A program made the translations under genes and the position numbers. A stretch of DNA of 31,449 nucleotides from Candidatus Bipolaricaulota bacterium (lineage in GTDB: Bacteria; Bipolaricaulota; Bipolaricaulia; UBA7950; UBA9294): positions 388,216 to 419,664 of the forward strand of contig CP070725.1 of the NCBI GenBank assembly GCA_020350845.1, written 5' to 3'. This document shows, in pieces, positions 9,819 to 18,408 of this stretch; the first letter of the stretch is position 1; each line of letters opens with the position of its first letter. The notes below the pieces were generated by a model that had not been told where the DNA came from, did not search any database, and worked only from the letters and a program-made list of their open reading frames with translations.

Positions 9819-11897
9819 TCAGTATCCTCGCCGCCTGATGATCTCCTCTTTGAGCCCACTCGGCACGACTTCGTATCCCTTGACGAGAAGCGAGTACGTT
9901 CCCCGCCCCTGCGTCGAAGAACGCAGCTGCGTCGCATACCCAAACGTCTCCGCAAGCGGGACCGTCACCACAACAATCTGCGCCGTCTCCCGCGTCTGCA
10001 GCTCTCGGATTTCCCCGCGACGCCGCGCCAAGTCCTCCAACACTTCACCCAGGTACTCGGCCGGCGTGATCACGTCTCCCTCCATCATCGGCTCGAGAAG
10101 CTCGAAACTCCCCTTCTCGTATGCCCGATGAACAGCAGAGGCAGCGGCCGCCTTGAAGGCAAGCTCGGACGAGTCTACTGGATGAAAGGAACCACCGATC
10201 AGGGTGGTTCCGATATCGGCCAAAGGATACCCCGCGAGCGGGCCGCTTGTCAACGTCTCGCAGACGCCTTCCTCCACAGCCGAACGGAAGGCTTTGGGGA
10301 CCTCCTCGTCGCTCACGTCGGTGGCGAAGCGGATCCCTTCACCTCGGCCCAGGGGCTCGATCTGCAGGGCCACGCGGGCGAACTGCCCGCGGCCTCCGAT
10401 CGGCGTGTCGAAGGTCTCCTCGACACGGATCGCCTCCTGAATCGTCTCGTGGTAGGCGACGTGCGGCCTGCCGACGGACGCCGTGATCCCGTACTCCTCC
10501 CGCAGGCGGCGCATGAGAACCTCGAGGTGAAGCTCCCCCATACCCGAGACGATGAGCTGATTCACGTCCTCATCGAAGCGAACGACGAAGGTCGGATCCT
10601 CGAGGGCGAGCTTGTCGAGCGCATCGGTGAGGTCTCCGAGTTCCGCCTCCGTTCGCGGCTCGACGGCGACGAAGACCACCGGCTCGGGAAAGCTGATCCG
10701 CTCGAGGACGATCGGGGCCGTCTTCTCACAGAGGGTGTCCCCGGTGGCAATGCTCTGCGATCCGACGATCGCAACGATGTCTCCCGCGCTGATCTCGGGA
10801 AGGGGCGTGCGATCGTTGGCATGCATGCGGAACACCTTCATCAGGCGCAGCCCCTTGCCCGACGTGGAATTCAGGAGATGCCCTCCAGCCTTGACCCTCC
10901 CCGAATAGGCGCGGACGAAGACGAGCCGCCCCGCGTAGCGATCGGTGACGACCTTGAATGCGAGGCCGGCAAACGGTTGCGCCGGGTCGGCGCGACGCTC
11001 GCCCTGGTCCTCGGCGACTCCATGGATCGGCGGAACGTCGAGCGGGGACGGCAAGTAGCGGATCACCGCTTCGAGCAGCGGCTGGATCCCCTGATTGTGA
11101 AACGCCGAGCCTCCGAGCACGGGAATCAGCCCGTGATCGATACACCCTCTGCGCAGCGCCTCGTGGAACACCGCAGGCTCCACTTCATGGCCCGCGAGGT
11201 ATGTTTCCATGAGCCGATCGTCGAACTCCGCGACGCGCGCGATGAGCGTCTCCCGTGCCTCCTCGACGTCGTCCTGCAAGGGGTCGGGAACGGGGAGCTC
11301 CTCGAAGCGCTCCCCCTTGCTCTCGGGATCCCAGACGACGAGCTTGCGCGTGAGAAGCTCGACGATCCCCACGAGACGTCGCTCGTCGTCGCGGTACGGG
11401 AGTTGAAGCGGGGCCACGGCGACCCCGAGCCGCTCTTCGATCATCTCGACGGTCCCCGTGAAGCTCGCTTCGGCGCGGTCGAGCTTGTTCACGAACGCCA
11501 GTCGAGGCACGGAGTAGCGATCGGCCTGGCGCCACACGGCTTCCGATTGGGACTCGACCATCTCGACCCCGGAGAAGATGACGATCGCCCCGTCGAGGAC
11601 GCGTAGCGATCGCTCGACCTCGGCGGTGAAGTCAACATGCCCCGGCGTGTCGATGATGTTGATCTGATGGTCGCGCCACGGACAGGTCGTGGCCGCGGAC
11701 GTGATCGTGATCCCGCGCTCCCGCTCTTGGGGCATCCAGTCCATTTCGGTGTCACCGTCGTGGACTTCCCCCATGCGGTGCGTCCTGCCCGTGTAGTAGA
11801 GGATGCGCTCCGTGGCGGTGGTCTTCCCGGCATCGATGTGCGCCATGATGCCGATGTTTCGCAGCCGCGCGATGGGAGCCGAGTGCTCGGAAGACAT
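9819..11897 (-). CDS. fusA: Elongation factor G (str-operon copy, divergent)
   Basis: RNIGIMAHIDAGKTT, ERERGITITSAAT, DTPGHVDF, NKLD, MGELHL, SFHPVDSSELAF, LRSSTQGRG; 692 aa; follows rpsG. Confidence 0.97.
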   Translation of the reverse strand: MSSEHSAPIARLRNIGIMAHIDAGKTTATERILYYTGRTHRMGEVHDGDTEMDWMPQERERGITITSAATTCPWRDHQINIIDTPGHVDFTAEVERSLRVLDGAIVIFSGVEMVESQSEAVWRQADRYSVPRLAFVNKLDRAEASFTGTVEMIEERLGVAVAPLQLPYRDDERRLVGIVELLTRKLVVWDPESKGERFEELPVPDPLQDDVEEARETLIARVAEFDDRLMETYLAGHEVEPAVFHEALRRGCIDHGLIPVLGGSAFHNQGIQPLLEAVIRYLPSPLDVPPIHGVAEDQGERRADPAQPFAGLAFKVVTDRYAGRLVFVRAYSGRVKAGGHLLNSTSGKGLRLMKVFRMHANDRTPLPEISAGDIVAIVGSQSIATGDTLCEKTAPIVLERISFPEPVVFVAVEPRTEAELGDLTDALDKLALEDPTFVVRFDEDVNQLIVSGMGELHLEVLMRRLREEYGITASVGRPHVAYHETIQEAIRVEETFDTPIGGRGQFARVALQIEPLGRGEGIRFATDVSDEEVPKAFRSAVEEGVCETLTSGPLAGYPLADIGTTLIGGSFHPVDSSELAFKAAAASAVHRAYEKGSFELLEPMMEGDVITPAEYLGEVLEDLARRRGEIRELQTRETAQIVVVTVPLAETFGYATQLRSSTQGRGTYSLLVKGYEVVPSGLKEEIIRRRGY

Positions 11898-11942
11898 CGA
11901 GACCCTTTCTACGCTAGGCGCATCGGAAGGGCCACGGGAGGA

Positions 11943-12401
11943 CTACCAGCGGTAGTGCGCGAACGCGCGGTTCGCCTCCGCCATGCGGTGAGAATCGAGT
12001 CGCTTGTTGTATGCCCGGCCCTCTTTGCGGGCCGCCTCGAGGATCTCCGCCGCAAGACGGTGAGCCATGGTGTGCTCGGCCCGATCGCGGGCGGCCGCCA
12101 CGATCCAGCGCAGCGCCAGCGCGAGCTGGCGGTTGGCCGGTACCTCGTAGGGAACCTGGTAGTTCGCCCCACCCACTCGACGAGTACGCACCTCGAGGCG
12201 CGGGGAGCAGTTCGATATCGCGCTGTTGAACACCTCGAGAGCAGGCTCTTCACTGCGCTGCTCGATCTCCTGCAGCGAGTCGTACACCACACGCTCGGCG
12301 ACGGACTTCTTCCCGTCGTGCATCACGTAGTTGATGAGCTTGCTGATCAGCACGCTGTTGTGCTTGATGTCAGGACGTACGTCCCTGCCTGGCAACTCCA
12401 T
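11943..12401 (-). CDS. rpsG: 30S ribosomal protein S7
   Basis: DGKKSVAE, PRLEVRTRRVGGANYQVP, HRMAEANRAFAHYRW. Probable ATG at 12401 (a GTG at 12407 overlapping the rpsL stop is an alternative). Confidence 0.98.
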   Translation of the reverse strand: MELPGRDVRPDIKHNSVLISKLINYVMHDGKKSVAERVVYDSLQEIEQRSEEPALEVFNSAISNCSPRLEVRTRRVGGANYQVPYEVPANRQLALALRWIVAAARDRAEHTMAHRLAAEILEAARKEGRAYNKRLDSHRMAEANRAFAHYRW

Positions 12402-12406
12402 GACCA

Positions 12407-12778
12407 CTAGCTCCCCTTCTTCGCGCCGTACTTCGAGCGGCCCTGCTGGCGCCCGTCGACGCCTTCGGAGTCCATCGTCCCGCGGACGATGTGATAGCGG
12501 ACGCCGGGCAGATCCTTCACGCGGCCGCCGCGAACGAGCACCATGGAGTGCTCCTGCAGGTTGTGACCCTCGCCACCGATGTACGCCGTCACTTCCTTGC
12601 CGTTGCTGAGGCGCACACGAGCCACCTTCCGCAGCGCGGAGTTCGGCTTCTTCGGTGTGCGCGTATACACGCGCGTGCACACACCGCGTCGCTGCGGACA
12701 CGCATCGAGATGCGGTGCCTTGCGCTTCTTCGCCTTCGGCTTTCGCCCTCGTCGAACGAGTTGATTGATCGTTGGCAT
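12407..12778 (-). CDS. rpsL: 30S ribosomal protein S12
   Basis: [40 protein letters not shown]. Confidence 0.99.
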   Translation of the reverse strand: MPTINQLVRRGRKPKAKKRKAPHLDACPQRRGVCTRVYTRTPKKPNSALRKVARVRLSNGKEVTAYIGGEGHNLQEHSMVLVRGGRVKDLPGVRYHIVRGTMDSEGVDGRQQGRSKYGAKKGS

Positions 12779-12802
12779 GCTTCCTCTCTCAAACGCCGGC
12801 AG

Positions 12803-12830
12803 ATTATAGGTCGGTCGTCGACCCTGTCAA
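12803..12830 (-). promoter_or_regulatory. Sigma70-type promoter for the rpsL (str-S10-spc) superoperon, embedded in the rpoC 3' end
   Basis: Minus strand TTGACA (12830-12825), 16-nt spacer, TATAAT (12808-12803), ending 24 nt before the rpsL ATG. Confidence 0.85.
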
Positions 12831-15800
12831 CTGCGCTTCTGAATCGGCCTCTGCGCCTTCATCATCGATCTCCTCGTCAGCCTCTTCGCCCACTACGGGG
12901 CGGGACGGAAAGCCCGTCCCCGCAGGGATTCGCTTGCCGACAATGATGTTCGGCTTGAGGCCCTCAAGCTCGTCGACCTCGCCGCGCAGGGCCGCCTCCG
13001 CGAGCACCTTCGTCGTGCGCTGGAACGACGCCGCGGACAGCCAGCCCTTCGTCTGCAGCGCAGCCTTCGAGATGCGCAGAAGCTCCCGCTCGCCGACCGG
13101 GAGTCGCTTGTCCTGAAGCTGGATTTCGACCTGTCCCTCGGTTTGGCGAATCCACACGGACGAAACGCCGACGCGTGTCGCCGACGTGATGATCTCGTCG
13201 GTCAGACGCTCGCCGGAGGGTGCGATCAGCTCGCCCTCGGCAACAACGTCTTCGGCGATCACCTCGCCGATCGCCGCGCGGCGCCCTTGCTCCGCTTCCT
13301 GATTCCACTGACTCAGGGACCGAACGGCCTCCTGGAACTCCTCAAGCATCACGAGGTCGCCGATGAGGAAGTGCGAGTCACCGCGGTCGACGATCCGCAC
13401 GTTGTTCAGGATCTGGCGGATGATCACTTCCAGATGCTTGTCGTTGATGTCTACACCCTGAGCTTTGTAGACCTTGTGAATCTCGGTCAGCAGGTACTCT
13501 CGCGTTTTGCGCACACCCGCCGTTTCGAGCAGCGCGTGCGGGGCGACCACGCCCTTCGTCAGGAGATCCCCCTCCTTGACCTTGTCACCGGCGCGGACGG
13601 TCGCCATCTGATCGATCTCCACCGAGCATCTCGGTCGCAGATCCACCAGCGTCACGTCGTCCTCCTCCTTCACCTTCTCCACGTGGAAGAGGTCTCCCGG
13701 AGGCAGTTCCAGATGAACGAGCCGTTCGTTCTCCCGGACCCGCTCCCCATGCCCCTTGTCGCACAGGAGATCCGACGTGAGGGGGAAGCGCAGCAGTCGC
13801 CCTTCCGGGTTGTACACGAGAACCCGGTCCGCGAGCTTGAGCACCTTCCCTTCACCCTCTGCTGCGAGGAACGTCGGCTTCGAGCGGGATGTCAGCTGGT
13901 CGCCGACACTCACCTTTGCCCCGTGCTCAACCATCATTCGCGCGCCGTACGGAATCTCGTACTCTCGCTCCTCACTGTCCGTACCGACGAGGACGAACCC
14001 GCGGTCCTTCCCTTCGGGAACGACGATCTTCCCTGCGCGGTCGGCGATGCGCGGCTCGAGGTGGAAGCGCTCGGTGAGGGCGTCTCCCTCGGCGACCCGC
14101 TGGCCGTTCCTGACGACGGGAACGGCACCCGGCGGCAACGGGTACGAGCGATCGCCGGCGGCGGTGTCGATGATCACCAACTCGCGCTTGCCGTCCCCTT
14201 CCAAGAGGTAGAGCTCTCCGGCGCACGGGCTACGCACCTCGAGGAGATCGTCGCCGCTCATGTCCTCGCCCTTCTTCGCTCGACAGAGCGCGGTCGGGAT
14301 GCTCACCTGGCGGACCTCTCCGAGGATCTCCACGAGATCCCGCCCGGTATCCCCAAGCGGACTGACCTGCTCCACGTGGCCGTCGAGTGGCGACATCCCC
14401 GCCTCGGCGCTCTTGATCGTCTTGCGCGCCTCGAACAGCTCCTCCGCACGAGGCAGTCCCTGGGTGATGTCCTCGCCGGCCACGCCCCCGGTGTGGCAGG
14501 TGCGCATCGTGAGCTGTGTTCCCGGTTCCCCGACCGACTGCGCGGCGATCACACCGACCGCCGTCCCGAGCTCCACCGCCTGGTGGTTGCTCATGTCGAA
14601 GCCGTAGCACAGCTGACAGACCCCGTTGATCGACTCACACACCATCGGCGAGCGGAGCATGATCTGCGGGCGCACGGAGATCTCGGCGACCTTCGCCTTA
14701 CGCAGCGCATCGACGAGGCGCGATGTCAGCACCTCGTCTTGCTGAACGATGACGTGGCCCGAGCTGGGGTCGACGACATCGCCTACGCTCTTCGTCCCCG
14801 CGAGGACCTGGGCGACGTTTCGTCGCTTCAGCGGGATCGTCGCCTCCATCGCCGCCAGCCGGTCCGCAAGCTCCTTCGAGACCCACGTTCCCGACTCCGC
14901 AACGACATCCCCCGAATCAGGATCGACGACCGCTTGGCTCAGCACGCGGCCGTAGATCCGTTCCTCGATCGACTCCATGACGTCGAGCTTCCCGTAGCGC
15001 AGCGGATCGATGCTCACCCCCTGCATCGTTCCGCAATCCACTTCCTTGACGATCGTGTCCGACGCGGCATCGACCAGGCGTCTTGTCAGGTACCCCGAGT
15101 CGGCCGTCTTCAACGCTGTGTCCGCAGCTCCCTTGCGTCCCCCGTGCGTGGAGATGAAGTACTCCATCATGTCGAGGCCCTCGCGGAAGTTGGAGATGAC
15201 CGGCATCTCGATGATCTCACCAGACTGACCGGCCATCGGCCCGCGCATCCCGCACAGTTGCTTGACCTGGTCAGGACCGCCGCGCGCTCCTGACGTGACC
15301 ATGCCGTAGACAGGGTTGAACTTGTGTGCGCGCAGGTTGTCCATCGTCGCGTCTTCCATCTGGTCGACCGTCCGTCGCCAGATGCGGATTACCGCCAGGC
15401 GCCGCTCCTCGTCCGTGGCCAAGCCCATCTCGTGCATGCGGTTGATGCGCCGCACTGCGGAGTACGACTCCCGGATGATCTCCTCCTTCTCCTCCGGGAT
15501 GAGGCAGTCCGGAAGCGAGATGGTGAGCCCCGCGCGGGTGGCGTAGCGGAAGCCGAGATCCTTGAGGCTGTCGAGAAGCGCCGACGCCCGCTCCCAGCCG
15601 AACCGATGGTAGCACTCCATGACCAGCCTACGGATCGCGCGGCGATCCATCACGGTGTCGTAGTCACGGATCTCCGCAGGGACGACGGCATTGAGTTCGG
15701 CCCGCCCGAGAGTCGTCTCCACGACGTCACCGTCGATGCGGATCCGCACCGGGCTGTGAAGCGCGAGGAACCCCTCCTCGTGTGCACGCCGCGCCTCATC

Positions 15801-17798
15801 GAGATCGCGGAATGCCTTCCCGCTTCCCTCTCCTTCCTCGTCGAGGAGCGTCAGGTAGTAGTACGCGAAGACGGGATCCTGCGTCGGCAGGCTGAGCGGC
15901 TCCCCGCTCGACGGAGACAGGATGTTCCTCGGAGCCGCCATCAGCGAGCGCGCCTCTTCGATCGCCTCGGCCGAGAGCGGCAGGTGGACTGCCATCTGAT
16001 CCCCGTCGAAGTCTGCGTTGTACGGGGGACAGACGAGAGGATGGATGTGGATCGCCTCACCGTCCACGAGCACCGGCTCGAACGCCTGCATCGACAGCCG
16101 GTGAAGCGTCGGGGCACGGTTGAGAAGCACCGGATGCTTGCTGATCAGCTTCTCGAGGATGTCCCACACTTCGGGCATCTCGCCGCGCAGCGCCCGGTTC
16201 TTGATCTCGTCGAAGTCGGAGAACGTGGTCGTCTCCAGATAGTGGAGGATGAACGGCTTGAACAGCTCGAGCGCCATCTTCTTCGGGAGCCCGCACTGGT
16301 TCAGGCGAAGGCTCGGATCGACGACGATCACGGCGCGGCCCGAGTAGTCCACCCGACGTCCGAGGAGGTTCCTCCGCAGTCGTCCGTGCTTGCCGTGGAT
16401 TCGCTCCGACAGCGACTTCAGCGGCCGGTTGTCGCGGCCGCGGATCGGATTCTCCTTCTTCTCGTTGTGGATCAGCGCGTCGACCGCTTCCTGCAGCATT
16501 CGCCGCTCGTTGCGCAGGATGACCTCGGGCGCCCCCATGTCGATCAGCTTCTTGAGGCGGTTGTTGCGGTTGATGATGCGCCGGTAGAGGTCATTGAGGT
16601 CGGTCGTCGCGAACTTGCCGCCCTCGAGTTGGATCATCGGGCGGAGGGACGGTGGGAGGACGGGGATCACGTCGAGAACCATGTCCTGGGCGTTGTTCCC
16701 GGAGCTGCGCAGCTGGTCGACGACCTCCAGCCTACGGATCAGCCGCCGCTGGTTGCCCACGGCCGTCTCCCTGCGGAGGCTCTCCGTGAGCTCGTCGTGC
16801 ACGTCATCGAGATCGAGAGACTCGAGCAGTCCTTTCACCCCTGCCGCCCCGGTGAGCGCGACGAAGCCGTTGGGATAGACACGCTCGTAGGCCCTCTTTT
16901 CGAGGTAGTTGATGCGCTCTCCGAGCTTGAGCCCGGTCTCAGGATTGCGCACACGGGTGATGAGGAAGACGAGCGAGTCGAGGATTTCGCTATCGAGGAC
17001 TTCGCCGGAGACATCGGCCCCGTAGCGATCGACGAGCATCTCGAACGTCGTCTTGGCGCACACATCCTCCACGGGCCGTTCGGCGATCATCGCCTGGGCT
17101 TCGATCTTGTCGCCGTCCTCGACATTGAGCTCGACCTCGCCGGCGATCGGGTACTCCTGGGAGCCGACGACGACGGCACGAATCTTCTCCCCGCTCGTCA
17201 ATCGTCGATCCTCGATCGTGACACGGCCCCCTTCCTCGGCGATGACCGCGGGGGCATCGGCGACAAAGAACGCCGGTTCGACGGTGAAGTTGAAGCTTCC
17301 CGAGAGGATGTCGACCTCGGGGGCATACAGGGTCTCCCCCGGGCGAACCTCCTTGTTCTCGGATGACGTGACAACCCACAGCGATGCCTCGATGGGCTCG
17401 GTCTCGTAGTACGCGATCCGCTGCAACTCCTTCTTCTTCATCCCCAGCAGTCGGCTGAGAAGGCTCGAGACCCCCTTGAGGAACCAGAAGTGGATGACCG
17501 GGCTGGCGAGGGAGATGTGCGCCATGTTCACGCGACGGACAGAGGAGTCGGTGACCAGGACATGGCACTTCTCGCAGGTGATTCCCTCGTACTTCTTCCC
17601 CTTGTACTTGCCGCAGCCGCACTCGTAGTCGTTCTCGGGCCCGAAGATCTCCTCGGCGTACAGTCCGCCGCGCTCGGCACGATGGGTTCGGTAGTTGATC
17701 GTCTCCGACTCGGTGACCTCGCCGTGAGACCAACCGACCATGGTCGACGGCGAGGCAAGCTGAAGCTTCACCCGCTTGATGTCATCCCCAGAGATCAA
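12804..17798 (-). CDS. rpoC: DNA-directed RNA polymerase subunit beta' (about 1664 aa, with several insertions)
   Basis: N-terminal zinc site (ECGCGKYK...CEKC), [24 protein letters not shown], the catalytic NADFDGD, bridge helix [16 protein letters not shown], trigger loop [17 protein letters not shown]. Probable TTG start at 17798 with GGGAGG upstream (ORF track start 17831). Confidence 0.99.
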   Translation of the reverse strand: MISGDDIKRVKLQLASPSTMVGWSHGEVTESETINYRTHRAERGGLYAEEIFGPENDYECGCGKYKGKKYEGITCEKCHVLVTDSSVRRVNMAHISLASPVIHFWFLKGVSSLLSRLLGMKKKELQRIAYYETEPIEASLWVVTSSENKEVRPGETLYAPEVDILSGSFNFTVEPAFFVADAPAVIAEEGGRVTIEDRRLTSGEKIRAVVVGSQEYPIAGEVELNVEDGDKIEAQAMIAERPVEDVCAKTTFEMLVDRYGADVSGEVLDSEILDSLVFLITRVRNPETGLKLGERINYLEKRAYERVYPNGFVALTGAAGVKGLLESLDLDDVHDELTESLRRETAVGNQRRLIRRLEVVDQLRSSGNNAQDMVLDVIPVLPPSLRPMIQLEGGKFATTDLNDLYRRIINRNNRLKKLIDMGAPEVILRNERRMLQEAVDALIHNEKKENPIRGRDNRPLKSLSERIHGKHGRLRRNLLGRRVDYSGRAVIVVDPSLRLNQCGLPKKMALELFKPFILHYLETTTFSDFDEIKNRALRGEMPEVWDILEKLISKHPVLLNRAPTLHRLSMQAFEPVLVDGEAIHIHPLVCPPYNADFDGDQMAVHLPLSAEAIEEARSLMAAPRNILSPSSGEPLSLPTQDPVFAYYYLTLLDEEGEGSGKAFRDLDEARRAHEEGFLALHSPVRIRIDGDVVETTLGRAELNAVVPAEIRDYDTVMDRRAIRRLVMECYHRFGWERASALLDSLKDLGFRYATRAGLTISLPDCLIPEEKEEIIRESYSAVRRINRMHEMGLATDEERRLAVIRIWRRTVDQMEDATMDNLRAHKFNPVYGMVTSGARGGPDQVKQLCGMRGPMAGQSGEIIEMPVISNFREGLDMMEYFISTHGGRKGAADTALKTADSGYLTRRLVDAASDTIVKEVDCGTMQGVSIDPLRYGKLDVMESIEERIYGRVLSQAVVDPDSGDVVAESGTWVSKELADRLAAMEATIPLKRRNVAQVLAGTKSVGDVVDPSSGHVIVQQDEVLTSRLVDALRKAKVAEISVRPQIMLRSPMVCESINGVCQLCYGFDMSNHQAVELGTAVGVIAAQSVGEPGTQLTMRTCHTGGVAGEDITQGLPRAEELFEARKTIKSAEAGMSPLDGHVEQVSPLGDTGRDLVEILGEVRQVSIPTALCRAKKGEDMSGDDLLEVRSPCAGELYLLEGDGKRELVIIDTAAGDRSYPLPPGAVPVVRNGQRVAEGDALTERFHLEPRIADRAGKIVVPEGKDRGFVLVGTDSEEREYEIPYGARMMVEHGAKVSVGDQLTSRSKPTFLAAEGEGKVLKLADRVLVYNPEGRLLRFPLTSDLLCDKGHGERVRENERLVHLELPPGDLFHVEKVKEEDDVTLVDLRPRCSVEIDQMATVRAGDKVKEGDLLTKGVVAPHALLETAGVRKTREYLLTEIHKVYKAQGVDINDKHLEVIIRQILNNVRIVDRGDSHFLIGDLVMLEEFQEAVRSLSQWNQEAEQGRRAAIGEVIAEDVVAEGELIAPSGERLTDEIITSATRVGVSSVWIRQTEGQVEIQLQDKRLPVGERELLRISKAALQTKGWLSAASFQRTTKVLAEAALRGEVDELEGLKPNIIVGKRIPAGTGFPSRPVVGEEADEEIDDEGAEADSEAQLTGSTTDL

Positions 17799-17889
17799 TG
17801 ACTTCCTCCCTTGCGCGCTTGCGCCGCGCATTCCGTCAAGAAGCGACGATTCGTGCCGTACCGGGCGGGACGCCCGTCGACGAACGCTC

Positions 17890-18243
17890 TCACTCTTTCG
17901 TGGATGATGGGGTTGCCTTGTTCGTCTTCTTCTTGCGCGAAGCGGCCTTCGCGCCGTCTGCCGCCGATCCGCCGGCGTCCGAGGACGCGTCCGTCACGCC
18001 TGCGGCGTCGTCCTGATCCTTGCTCCTCGTGGCCGAGATCTCCTTCTCTGCCTTTCCTCGCTTGCCACGGTAGTCGGTCGAGTAGTAGCCGCTTCCCTTG
18101 TAGATCACGCCGACGCGCGGCAGAAGCCGCTCGGTCTCCTGCGCCCCACACTCCGGGCAGGCGGTCGGCGGCTCGCTCCCGTTACGCTGAAGGACCTTGA
18201 ACGTCGTTTGGCACTTCAGGCACTGGTAACGGTAAATGGGCAT
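17890..18243 (-). CDS. FmdB-family zinc-ribbon protein with a low-complexity C-terminal tail
   Basis: [11 protein letters not shown]...CPECG...[10 protein letters not shown] matches the MPxYxYxC..C...CP.CG...KGSGFY.TDY pattern, followed by an Ala/Ser/Asp/Lys-rich tail. Confidence 0.88.
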   Translation of the reverse strand: MPIYRYQCLKCQTTFKVLQRNGSEPPTACPECGAQETERLLPRVGVIYKGSGYYSTDYRGKRGKAEKEISATRSKDQDDAAGVTDASSDAGGSAADGAKAASRKKKTNKATPSSTKE

Positions 18244-18359
18244 AGGCACCCCTGCCTCACATTGGGGGCTTCACAGTTCCTTCGTCTTCTCGCCCAAGAC
18301 CGTAGCTCAGGCCGTTTCTTCCGATCATCGGACAGCCGCCACAGGGACGACCGTCACCG
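18244..18359 (-). promoter_or_regulatory. Candidate structured 5' leader (about 115 nt) of the fmdB-like/rpoC unit
   Basis: Long interval between the predicted promoter and the ATG. Folding by hand gives end-to-end pairing over the RBS plus internal hairpins. No known family recognised. Confidence 0.4.
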
Positions 18360-18365
18360 GTGAGA

Positions 18366-18393
18366 AGTATACCTCCTGATCCCCGCTCATCAA
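18366..18393 (-). promoter_or_regulatory. Sigma70-type promoter upstream of the fmdB-like gene
   Basis: TTGATG (18393-18388), 16-nt spacer, TATACT (18371-18366) in an otherwise GC-rich spacer. Confidence 0.65.
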
Positions 18394-18408
18394 GCCGTCG
18401 ACGTCCCG

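Noticed and set aside
9810-17366. Long plus-strand ORFs (9810-11606, 13143-15293, 15324-17366) and many similar ones elsewhere
   Set aside because: They are antisense shadows of fusA, rpoC and other real genes. High GC3 suppresses stop codons on the opposite strand, and none shows a recognisable motif or RBS.
17795-18151. Alternative-frame ORF overlapping the fmdB-like gene whose TGA overlaps the rpoC TTG
   Set aside because: Arg/Gly-rich low-complexity translation with no motif or RBS. The overlap could allow coupling but is most simply chance.
18241-18365. Resemblances of the leader to TPP (AGGGGUGCC), hammerhead (CCGAUGA...GAAA), SRP, 6S, Moco and c-di-GMP RNAs
   Set aside because: Each match is a short fragment lacking the rest of the consensus: no CUGAGA, no stem II, no GGAAGGAAGCAG, and too short for 6S. 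Not assigned to any family.
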